Assembly (NCBI GenBank): GCA_947165685.1
Contig: CAMVBK010000015.1
Span: 776-64,775 of the forward strand
Direction of reading: 5' to 3'
From: an uncultured Bacteroidales bacterium
GTDB taxonomy: Bacteria; Bacteroidota; Bacteroidia; Bacteroidales; WCHB1-69
DNA length: 64,000 nt
Shown: positions 35,040 to 41,885 of the stretch, piece by piece
How the letters are laid out: each line of letters begins with the position of its first letter
Numbering within the stretch: the stretch's first letter is position 1
Translations under genes and position numbers: made by a program
Notes under the pieces: model-generated
Told to the model about the DNA's origin: nothing
Seen by the model: the letters and a program-made list of their open reading frames with translations, nothing else
Database searches by the model: none

Positions 35040-35050
35040 AATCTATTCCG

Positions 35051-35380
35051 TTATTTGTTGTCAAAATATTCTTTACGTAAGGTCTCCGCCTTGGCAATCT
35101 CCTTTTTTGGTGTTTTCTGCGATTTTTTCACGATCCCATGCGTGGCAACTATCAGCGTTTCGTTGCGGGTGTCCCAAAAAGACAAAAGCCTGTAGCAATT
35201 GCCGTCGTGTAAAGCACGGAACTCCCAAATTTCAGTCCCTGTAAGTTTTTTGAATATGTTCTTGTCTTTTATTCCCATTCGAACCTTTCTGACATTATAT
35301 GCGAGTTTTTCGGAGGCAGCACTGTTTATATTGAGCATAAACTCGTAAGCTTCAGGTAGATAGATTACTTTCAAGTCCAT
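35051..35380 (-). CDS. higB: RelE/ParE-superfamily toxin, phage Gp49/HigB type
   Basis: 109 aa containing IWEFRALHDGNCYRLLSFWD...LIVATHGIVKKSQKTPKKEI, typical of Gp49-like HigB toxins. Confidence 0.8.
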   Translation of the reverse strand: MDLKVIYLPEAYEFMLNINSAASEKLAYNVRKVRMGIKDKNIFKKLTGTEIWEFRALHDGNCYRLLSFWDTRNETLIVATHGIVKKSQKTPKKEIAKAETLRKEYFDNK

Positions 35381-35403
35381 ATTTCAATTAGTTTTTGAGG
35401 TTG

Positions 35404-35411
35404 CAAAGATA
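35404..35411 (-). promoter_or_regulatory. -7 promoter box (minus strand TATCTTTG) for higBA
   Basis: The plus strand reads CAAAGATA, 24 nt upstream of the minus-strand ATG at 35380. Confidence 0.5.
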
Positions 35412-35611
35412 CAAAAGTTTTCTATATGGGAAACTTTATTTTGAAATATCGGTTGCCAATGATTTCCCGTTCCGAAATTTTATATCTTTGCGCTCAAAAG
35501 GATATGAAGTGAATTAGAATACCTTAAAGTTATGAAAGAAATATCCCCTGAAGAGTTATATTCCTTGTATAAGGACACATTGTATAAATGCCAAAGCAAA
35601 ATATTCAATTA

Positions 35612-35839
35612 CTACACGGCAATTCCCGTGCGCAGGACATCATCATACAAGGGTGAAGGATAACGTTCCTCCAGAAGGACAGGCTCGATAAGCGTGTTCA
35701 GTTTCCGGGAGGCAGTCCAAAGTTTTGTGGTGTCGGTCAGCCAGTCGCCGTCCAGCAACGGCACCACGACGGCAATGTCAATGTCGCTGCCGTCATGTGT
35801 CAAGGACAACGTGTCGCACTTCCCCAAGCTGCCGTCCAA
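35612..35839 (-). pseudogene. N-terminally truncated MNT-type nucleotidyltransferase (antitoxin-like) fragment
   Basis: Contains the GSDIDIAVVV nucleotidyltransferase motif, but the usual ~25 N-terminal residues are missing. No HEPN partner is present. Confidence 0.55.
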
Positions 35840-36290
35840 CAGAAACTCCTACGAGGACTTCGCCGTCCTGGAAGGGGACATCGTGATGATCAACGGCCAG
35901 CGCTTCTACCACATCTACTGCTCCCGCGACATGGGAGAACTCAAGTACACCACCCAAGGCACCTTCGGCGGCAAGTCCATGAAGGCCAACCTTGAAATCT
36001 ACCACCCCGGCTTCAAGCCCAAACTGCTGGGCTTCATCGCCTCGGTGATGAACTCCGAGGTCATCATTCTCGCCCGCCTCAACAACGGCGACATCCACAT
36101 GCTCGGCGACGCCGACCGCGGCGCGGAAATCGGCGAGAACGTGGAGGCCAGCTCCGGCAAGGGCGTCACCGACAACAACGGCGCGACCGTCTCCTTTGTC
36201 TATGACACCCCCACCGCACAAGTCTATACAGGCGTGATGGACTCCCTCATCGGCCAGTCCACCAACCTTGACAACCAAGTGACCCCATAA
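35694..36290 (+). pseudogene. phage major tail (tube)-like protein fragment; 5' part of the ORF overlaps the antisense nucleotidyltransferase remnant
   Basis: The GC-rich segment from about 35840 encodes YEDFAVLEGDIVMINGQRFYHIY...KANLEIYHPGFKPKLLGFI...VTDNNGATVSFVYDTP, resembling siphovirus-type tail tube proteins. There is no credible start with a promoter. Confidence 0.45.
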
Positions 36291-36328
36291 CCCAAAATCG
36301 CATTTTCGGTTGTTTGATCAGTTTTTGA

Positions 36329-36360
36329 AAGCCGTTGCGTGACGGCTTTTTTTTATTTTT
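36329..36360 (+). terminator. rho-independent terminator
   Basis: The stem AAGCCGT/ACGGCTT has a 6-nt loop and is followed by TTTTTTATTTTT. Confidence 0.7.
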
Positions 36361-36476
36361 GCGCCGTTAATTGAGAAGTTCAAAAAATGCGAAGTTGCAC
36401 AATTTTTTTAGACAAAAATCGTTGTAATAATATGATTCACAAAACGTACCATTCTATAGGTTTTTATGACCTGACA

Positions 36477-37154
36477 TTACGAGTGCGTTAAAACCCAGCA
36501 AGGGGCTGTGCCGATGATATCGGGTTGGTGGGCGTCGGAGCTTCTGGTGAACATCTTATTTTTTAGATACTTGTGTACTTTCAGGATTTCGTCTTTGTCG
36601 CCTTTTTTGGAGAGTTCCACCGCGTCGTAGTCGAGGTCGAAGGGGATAAAACCCAGCTGCGCGATGAGGCTGTTTTTCATCTTATCGATGTGCGCGGGCA
36701 CGAACAGACCGCCTAATTCGTGCACCTTGTCGGCTATCTGGTTGACGTTCTGGTCGATGGCCGAGGTGAGCAGTCGCGACTCTTCGTAGACGATGTTCAT
36801 CTCCTCGTCGATCTGCACCTGGTCGCCGAAAAAGTCGGGGTCGTTGGGGATGTTGGGAAGGTGCTCGTCGAGATACTCTTGGAACTTGTCAAGCGACTCG
36901 TGGTCGCCGAAATAGGCCAGGCAGTGGGCCTCCTCCTTGGTGGTCACCTCCGCGCCGCAGAGCACGAAGATGTCGCGGTTGTGGGAGTAGTGCTCCGCCA
37001 ACCGGCAGTGTCGCGTGGCGTTGTGGTCTGTGATGGCGATCACGTCAAGTCCCCGCTCCAGCGCGATGGCGATGATGTTGTCGGGCGTCATGTCCAGATC
37101 GCCGCACGGCGAGAACAGGGTATGGGTGTGTAAATCAGCTTTGTAGATGTTCAT
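36477..37154 (-). CDS. PHP-domain metal-dependent phosphoesterase
   Basis: Contains ADLHTHTLFSPCG, AITDHN, and a C-terminal SDAH. Confidence 0.85.
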   Translation of the reverse strand: MNIYKADLHTHTLFSPCGDLDMTPDNIIAIALERGLDVIAITDHNATRHCRLAEHYSHNRDIFVLCGAEVTTKEEAHCLAYFGDHESLDKFQEYLDEHLPNIPNDPDFFGDQVQIDEEMNIVYEESRLLTSAIDQNVNQIADKVHELGGLFVPAHIDKMKNSLIAQLGFIPFDLDYDAVELSKKGDKDEILKVHKYLKNKMFTRSSDAHQPDIIGTAPCWVLTHS

Positions 37155-37174
37155 TCCAGCATTAAATTCGCGGG

Positions 37175-37182
37175 CAAAGATA
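37175..37182 (-). promoter_or_regulatory. -7 promoter box (minus strand TATCTTTG) for the PHP gene
   Basis: The plus strand reads CAAAGATA, 21 nt upstream of the minus-strand ATG at 37154. Confidence 0.5.
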
Positions 37183-37219
37183 CAATTTTACGAACGTTTC
37201 TTTCATTTCTCAAATTTTG

Positions 37220-37245
37220 TATTTTTGCAGCCGTGTATATTTTTG
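37220..37245 (+). promoter_or_regulatory. two tandem -7 boxes upstream of the lipoprotein gene
   Basis: TATTTTTG occurs at 37220-37227 and again at 37238-37245. The ATG is at 37279. Confidence 0.45.
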
Positions 37246-37278
37246 CAAATCCTAAGTTATTCATAAACATTTTTAACA

Positions 37279-38742
37279 ATGAAAAAATTGATTAAGATTT
37301 CAGCTTTGGCCCTGTTGGTCGTGTTGGCCATGACGGGCTGTAAGAAAAGTTACACCATCACGGTGAAGTCCAATAATGCAGAGTGGGGTACTGTCACCGG
37401 CAGCGGCAGCTACAAGGACGGCGAGACAGCCACCATCTCCGCCATTCCCGCGCAGGGCTATTATTTCAACTGTTGGAACGACGGCAACACCGAAAATCCC
37501 CGCAAGATTGTGGTGAGCGGCAACGCAGAGTTCATCGCCACGTTCAGTGACACCCCCGGCGGTGGAGGCGGCACGGCAAATGCGCTCGAAGTCTCCGGCA
37601 GCATCAGCGCCAACACCACCTGGCCCGATCGCGGCGCGGGCGTCGATTATATTGTTGACGGACATTTTTATGTGGAAGGCAATGCGCTGCTGACCATCGA
37701 GCCCGGCGTGACCATCATGTTCTCGGGTGTTGATGGTGCCATCGTTGTGGAAGAAAATGCCGGTCTGCGCATGGTGGGCACCGCTGACAATCCCATCACC
37801 CTCACGGGTCCGACCAACAACCAGAATCCCGGAGCATGGGACAGGGTGGAAGTCAGATCCAAACGTAATGACAACCAGTTTGAGTATGTCAATTTCATCA
37901 ATGGCGGCAGCGGCGACCAGGTGCTGTATGTGAGCGGCAAACTCTCCATAAAGCACTGCAACATCAACTACTCCCAAAGTAACGGGGCAGTCCTCGGTTA
38001 CGAAGGTGTTTTCACCGCTTTCGAGAACAATTCCCTTCAGCATGTCTCGGGCTATCCCTTGGTGTTGAACACCCATGAGAAAGTCAATTGCCTCGGCACC
38101 GGCAACACCTACAATACCTCCCCGAACTACAACCAGACGTTTAACATGATCATGATTGACGACTACTGGCTCGACGAGGACAATGTGACGGCCACTTTCA
38201 CCAACCAGGGCATCCCGTATTACTTGCGTGACGGCATCAATGTGGACGGCAATGCGGTTATGAGGGTGAACGCCGGTGTGGAGTTTGTGTTTGCCTACGA
38301 CAAGGAGATGGTTGTGGGTGAAAACGCCCTGATTCAGGTTGACGGCACATCTGCCCAGCCCGTTGTTTTCCGTGGCTTCGAGAATGAAAACGGATTTTGG
38401 GATGGCATTGATGTTGACGCTGAACGTTCCACTAACGGCGGCAGTTATCTGAACCACTGTCAGATTTTGAATGCCGGCAATGATATTGACGATGCCGCTT
38501 TGTCTACCGACGAGGAGACACGTTTGGTGTTGAATAATGTCGCTATCAGCGGCAGCGACGGGTATGGTATGAAGATTTCCATTCCTGTTGATTGGGATAC
38601 GGATCAATACAGTTTCTCCAACTACCATGTCTCTGCAACAGGTTTGAACTTCTCCGGCTGTGCGTCTGGCAATATTTACGAATCCAACAAGGATCAGGTG
38701 TTTAACTCTTGGCCGGGAAACAAGAAACTGGCGAAAAGATAG
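37279..38742 (+). CDS. surface lipoprotein with InlB-B-repeat-like N-domain and right-handed parallel beta-helix region
   Basis: Lipobox LAMTGC. Contains YTITVKSNNAEWGTVTGSGSYKDGETATISAIPAQGYYFNCWNDG, followed by a repetitive Gly/Asn/Val-rich beta-helix-type sequence. Confidence 0.7.
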   Translation: MKKLIKISALALLVVLAMTGCKKSYTITVKSNNAEWGTVTGSGSYKDGETATISAIPAQGYYFNCWNDGNTENPRKIVVSGNAEFIATFSDTPGGGGGTANALEVSGSISANTTWPDRGAGVDYIVDGHFYVEGNALLTIEPGVTIMFSGVDGAIVVEENAGLRMVGTADNPITLTGPTNNQNPGAWDRVEVRSKRNDNQFEYVNFINGGSGDQVLYVSGKLSIKHCNINYSQSNGAVLGYEGVFTAFENNSLQHVSGYPLVLNTHEKVNCLGTGNTYNTSPNYNQTFNMIMIDDYWLDEDNVTATFTNQGIPYYLRDGINVDGNAVMRVNAGVEFVFAYDKEMVVGENALIQVDGTSAQPVVFRGFENENGFWDGIDVDAERSTNGGSYLNHCQILNAGNDIDDAALSTDEETRLVLNNVAISGSDGYGMKISIPVDWDTDQYSFSNYHVSATGLNFSGCASGNIYESNKDQVFNSWPGNKKLAKR

Positions 38743-38770
38743 TGGACGGGTTCCCCGAAGACTGCAAACG

Positions 38771-38799
38771 CCCCTTGCCGAACGGTGAGGGGTTTTTTT
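38771..38799 (+). terminator. rho-independent terminator after lipoprotein gene
   Basis: The hairpin CCCCTTGCCG-AA-CGGTGAGGGG is followed by T7. Confidence 0.6.
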
Positions 38800-38846
38800 A
38801 GTTTCAGGTTTCAAAAAAAAAATCGGATAGTTCGTTAATTTTTCGT

Positions 38847-39048
38847 ATCTTTGCCACAAACAACAAGTTTATGGAAAAGAGCAGCACCCGCAGGGTAACC
38901 ATCTACATCAACGGCAAGGAGGTGGAGGCCTCCGTCAAGCAGATACGTTCCGAGATGAACAAGCTCGTGAACGAGCAGAACCGCATGGTCATCGGCTCGG
39001 ACGAGTACATTTCCCACGCCAAGAAAATCAAGGAACTGAGGCAGTACC
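38847..39048 (+). repeat. direct repeat copy B (promoter plus gene head)
   Basis: Matches 33637-33836. Includes a perfect TATCTTTG box at 38846-38853. Confidence 0.9.
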
Positions 39049-39143
39049 TCAAGGAGCACGCGCAGAACATCGGCTCCGCCGCCTCCGCATGGACGGAAAT
39101 GTACAACAAGGTACTTCAGTTCGGCACGGGAATATTCAATTAG
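38871..39143 (+). pseudogene. truncated head of phage tail tape-measure-like gene (copy B, 90 codons)
   Basis: Begins MEKSSTRRVTIYINGKEVEASVKQIRSEMNKLVNEQNRMVIGSDEYISHAKKIKELRQYLKEHAQNIG. Tape-measure proteins are many hundreds of residues long, so this is a stump. Confidence 0.5.
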
Positions 39144-39146
39144 GAA

Positions 39147-39564
39147 TTATTGTACACCTTTCAATTCCTCATTGAACTCATCCAGCGTCAAAATCGTTAG
39201 TTTTGGGAAAGGAATCTGTTTGAGGATGTTGAAATGCGTGTCCTCGGTGACGATATAATCCGCATTAGCGGTGATAGCGCAATCCACAAATTTGTCGTCA
39301 TCTTTATCTACATCAGCCAACAAGCGAAAACGATAATAGGATTCACGGTAATGGGTCATTGGGTGGCGTGCGATTGCTTCCACCACGTTATGGGCGACCT
39401 CGGGCGAAGCGTGTATGGCGAGTATCTCTTCGTACTCAGACAATATCTCATTGCTCACGCAAGCGGTACTTCCCGCCAAGAAAATCCGCCCAAATCCGAT
39501 GGTAAGGACTTTTCGTGGGCAGTGCCTGAATCAGGGCGTTGGTGTCAAGAACCACGTAGCGCAT
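39147..39564 (-). pseudogene. PIN-domain toxin (TIGR00305-like) disrupted by a frameshift near 39465-39466
   Basis: The N-terminal frame reads MRYVVLDTNALIQALPTKSPYHRIWADFLGGKY and then hits a stop. The C-terminal frame reads CVSNEILSEYEEIL...DDKFVDCAITANADYIVTEDTHF. Removing one C from the CC run restores a continuous PIN protein. Confidence 0.75.
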
Positions 39565-39567
39565 ACT

Positions 39568-39798
39568 TCAGAATGTTTTGTAGGGTGTTCTGAGATGTTG
39601 GCCGCGCAGTTCGTCCAGTTTGGACTGGTCGAGTGTGCCGTCCTCCCACATCTGGTCGATTTCTCGTTGCGCATTCTCGGCAAAGAAGAGCGATAAGGTT
39701 AGCTTCAACGCATCCAAATCCTCCTGAGAGTTGACGTTGGCGGCCGCGTTCATCAGCTCCAGCTGCGCCATTTGCGAAAATGTCATATTGTTATTCAT
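39568..39798 (-). CDS. putative antitoxin of the PIN module
   Basis: A 76-aa acidic protein whose stop lies 3 nt before the PIN ATG. A -7 box (plus strand CAAAGATA, 39822-39829) lies 24 nt upstream. Confidence 0.55.
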   Translation of the reverse strand: MNNNMTFSQMAQLELMNAAANVNSQEDLDALKLTLSLFFAENAQREIDQMWEDGTLDQSKLDELRGQHLRTPYKTF

Positions 39799-39987
39799 AC
39801 TATATCAACTTAAAATCGCCGCAAAGATACTTATTTTTTATAATGAACACCCCAAAATATCGGTCCTATAGCCAATAAGTCTGCGGTTCGAAAACAATGT
39901 TTTTATAATATATTGGAGTCCAATGGTTTATGTTTTATAGAAAGTTGTACAAAAACCTCATTTTGTCCCGTTTCTGTCCCGATTACG

Positions 39988-40021
39988 AAAAAAAACAGCG
40001 ATTTTCCTGTCATAAATCGCT
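39988..40021 (-). terminator. rho-independent terminator of tRNA-Gly
   Basis: On the minus strand the stem AGCGATTT-9 nt-AAATCGCT is followed by GTTTTTTTT. Confidence 0.65.
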
Positions 40022-40037
40022 ACTTTTCAGTGTTTTG

Positions 40038-40110
40038 AGCGGTAGACGGGGTTCGAACCCGCGACCTGCGGCTTGGGAAGCCGCCGCTCTGCCAACTGAG
40101 CTACTACCGC
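40038..40110 (-). tRNA. tRNA-Gly (anticodon CCC)
   Basis: Manual cloverleaf. Acceptor stem GCGGTAG/CTACCGC, D arm GCTC-AGTTGGCA-GAGC. Anticodon arm GCGGC-TTCCCAA-GCCGC, variable loop AGGTC. T arm GCGGG-TTCGAAC-CCCGT, discriminator U. 73 nt in total. Confidence 0.9.
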
Positions 40111-40181
40111 GTTTCTGGCTATTGGCTTTTGGCTGTTAGCTATTAGCTATTAGCAGCTAATGGCCAATGGCTAATGGCCGA
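40111..40181. repeat. short-period GGCTATT/GCTAATGGCC-type repeat tract between ychF and tRNA-Gly
   Basis: Read directly as GGCTATTGGCTTTTGGCTGTTAGCTATTAGCTATTAGCAGCTAATGGCCAATGGCTAATGGCC. The two halves are imperfectly inverted relative to each other. Confidence 0.8.
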
Positions 40182-41279
40182 TTATACATTGAATCGAATG
40201 TGCAGGATGTCGCCGTCCTGCACTTCGTAGTTCTTGCCTTCGACCGCCAATTTGCCGGCCTCCTTGCATTTCAGTTCCGACCCGTATTTCACCAGATCGT
40301 CGTATTTGATGACCTCGGCGCGGATGAAGCCGCGTTCCAGGTCGCTGTGGATGACGCCCGCCGCCTGCGGAGCCAACATGCCCCGCGTGATGGTCCACGC
40401 ACGGTTCTCCTTGCCGCCGACAGTGAAGAAGGAGATGAGATCCAGCATCTTGTAGGCCGCACGGATCACCTTGTTGACACCCGGCTCGGTCAGCCCCACG
40501 TCTTCCAAGAAGGCCTTGCGGTCCTCTTCGCTCTCCAACTCGGCAATTTCAGACTCGATTTTGGCCGCGATGACCAACATCTCGCCGCCGTGTTCTTCCA
40601 CGTATTTCTTCACGGCCTCGGAATAGGCGTTTCCGGTGGCCGCGTCGTCGTCGTTCACATTACACACGAACATCACGGGCTTCTCGGTGAGCAGCATCAT
40701 ATCGGCCACCACGGCTTTCTCGTCGGGCGTGACCTCCAAGGTGCGCACATTCTGGAAACTTTCGAGATGTTCCTTGTATTTCAACAGAACGGCAAGGTCG
40801 TGCTTGGCGGTCTTCTCGCCGACTTTTGCGGCTTTCTCCACCTTGGTGATCTTGCGTTCAATCTGTTCCAAATCCTTGCATTGCAGCTCGAAATCAACGA
40901 TCTCGATGTCGCGGACAGGATCCACGGAGCCTTCCTCGTGGGGTAGGGCAGGGTTGTCGAAGCAGCGCAGCACGTGGATGAGGGCGTCGCACAGGCGCAC
41001 GTCCGCGAGGAAGCTGTTGCCGATGCCCGCGCCGGTGCTGGCTCCCTTGGCCAGACCCGGAATATCGACGATGTCGAGGTTGGCATAGACCAGCTTGTCG
41101 GCATGGATGAACGAATTGATGTGTGTAAGCCGTTCATCAGGCACCGCGCACACGCCGATGTTGGACTTGCTCGTGCTGTACGCGAAGTCCGTCACCTCCG
41201 CCTTCGTGTTGGAGATGCAGTTGAACATCGTGGTCTTGCCCGAGTTCGTGAGTCCGATTATGCCGCATTTGAGGCCCAT
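40182..41279 (-). CDS. ychF: redox-regulated ribosome-binding ATPase YchF
   Basis: Contains GIIGLTNSGKTTMFN and the C-terminal TGS-type segment HSDLERGFIRAEV...GKNYEVQDGDILHIRFNV. Confidence 0.95.
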   Translation of the reverse strand: MGLKCGIIGLTNSGKTTMFNCISNTKAEVTDFAYSTSKSNIGVCAVPDERLTHINSFIHADKLVYANLDIVDIPGLAKGASTGAGIGNSFLADVRLCDALIHVLRCFDNPALPHEEGSVDPVRDIEIVDFELQCKDLEQIERKITKVEKAAKVGEKTAKHDLAVLLKYKEHLESFQNVRTLEVTPDEKAVVADMMLLTEKPVMFVCNVNDDDAATGNAYSEAVKKYVEEHGGEMLVIAAKIESEIAELESEEDRKAFLEDVGLTEPGVNKVIRAAYKMLDLISFFTVGGKENRAWTITRGMLAPQAAGVIHSDLERGFIRAEVIKYDDLVKYGSELKCKEAGKLAVEGKNYEVQDGDILHIRFNV

Positions 41280-41280
41280 G

Positions 41281-41400
41281 CTGTAAGGGTTAATAGGTTA
41301 AGGGTTAATAGGTTAGAGGTTAATAGGTTAGAGGTTAATAGGTTAGAGGTTAATAGGTTAGAGGTTAACAGGTTAAGATTAGTAGAGTAGGGGTTAGGGG
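41281..41400. repeat. 15-bp tandem array (GGTTAATAGGTTAGA x4 perfect, degenerate flanks, ending in GGGGTTA units)
   Basis: Read directly from the sequence. It fills the whole spacer between the NifU-like stop and the ychF ATG. Confidence 0.95.
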
Positions 41401-41649
41401 TTAGAAGCCGAGGACGATGTCTTCGACGTGGTCGATTTCGGGGAGATAGTGCTTGATCGTCTGTTCCACACCGTTCTTGAGGGTCATCTTGGCGTGGGGA
41501 CAGGTGCCGCACGCGCCCTGGAGCTTGACTTTGACGACGTTGTCGAGCGTAAGCTCAACAAACTCGATGTCGCCGCCGTCCTGAACCAGATACGGGCGGA
41601 TTTGGTCGATGATAGATATCACTTTATCTTCTAACGAGACATTTTCCAT
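41401..41649 (-). CDS. NifU-like Fe-S cluster assembly domain protein
   Basis: Contains IRPYLVQDGGDIEFVEL...VKVKLQGACGTCPHAKMTLKNGVE. Start at MENVSLEDK. Confidence 0.85.
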   Translation of the reverse strand: MENVSLEDKVISIIDQIRPYLVQDGGDIEFVELTLDNVVKVKLQGACGTCPHAKMTLKNGVEQTIKHYLPEIDHVEDIVLGF

Positions 41650-41885
41650 TGCTTCAAAATTAGGCCGCAAAAATACATTTTTTTTTGATGTGTGCAACGC
41701 GATTTTTTTTTGCCTGAAATTTCCCGAATACGAACCGATTCAAGTGAATGCCTGAGGTGGGGAGTAGCGGGTCCGAATACTCTATTTAACATAATATAAA
41801 TTATAAGACAAAAGTTTCATTGCAATAATGGTTTAACTTTTTCGTTATCGGCACGTCTAAACGAAGTCTCTGTTATATTTAAAAT

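Larger units (their letters stand above)
29344..40037. other. mosaic accessory island (toxin/immunity cassettes, TA modules, phage tail fragments) adjacent to the 3' end of tRNA-Gly; no integrase present
   Basis: There is an abrupt, patchy drop in G+C that is visible by eye, most strongly at 29.85-33.45 kb and 33.84-35.6 kb. The gene content is accessory, with multiple truncated genes. The island ends at a tRNA 3' end. Confidence 0.6.

Noticed and set aside
35532-35663. A 43-codon ORF (MKEISPEELYSLYKDTLYKCQSKIF...) downstream of a TATCTTTG box at 35483-35490.
   Set aside because: It is short and runs antisense into the nucleotidyltransferase remnant. It is most likely the severed head of another gene rather than a functional product. 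This could not be verified.
39878-39895. GCGGTTCGAAAAC resembles the tRNA-Gly T-arm (GGGTTCGAACCC), so it might be an att remnant.
   Set aside because: The match is only ~9 nt, it is on the wrong side of the island to act as the distal att copy, and no matching segment was found at the 29.3-kb boundary.
40117-40178. A long imperfect inverted repeat in the GGCTATT/GCTAATGGCC tract, considered as a structured RNA.
   Set aside because: Pairing needs five G-U wobbles on the plus-strand transcript, but both flanking genes are on the minus strand, where these positions become C-A mismatches. It was treated as part of the repeat-tract phenomenon instead.
41281-41400. Possible CRISPR array. The 10825-10934 repeats were considered too.
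   Set aside because: The repeats are contiguous with no unique spacers, the units are only 15 or 33 bp, and no cas genes are nearby.
41383-41400. Telomere-like GGGGTTAGGGGTTAG motif.
   Set aside because: There are only two to three units, and they form the degenerate end of the local GGTTA-type array. There is no reason to invoke telomere biology in a bacterial chromosome interior.
41258-41512. ORFs encoding LLTSNLLTSNLLTSN (minus strand) or RLEVNRLEVNRLEVN (plus strand, 40974-41390) repeat peptides.
   Set aside because: They are simply translations of the 15-bp tandem array in the ychF leader. They overlap real genes out of frame and have no promoter or start context.
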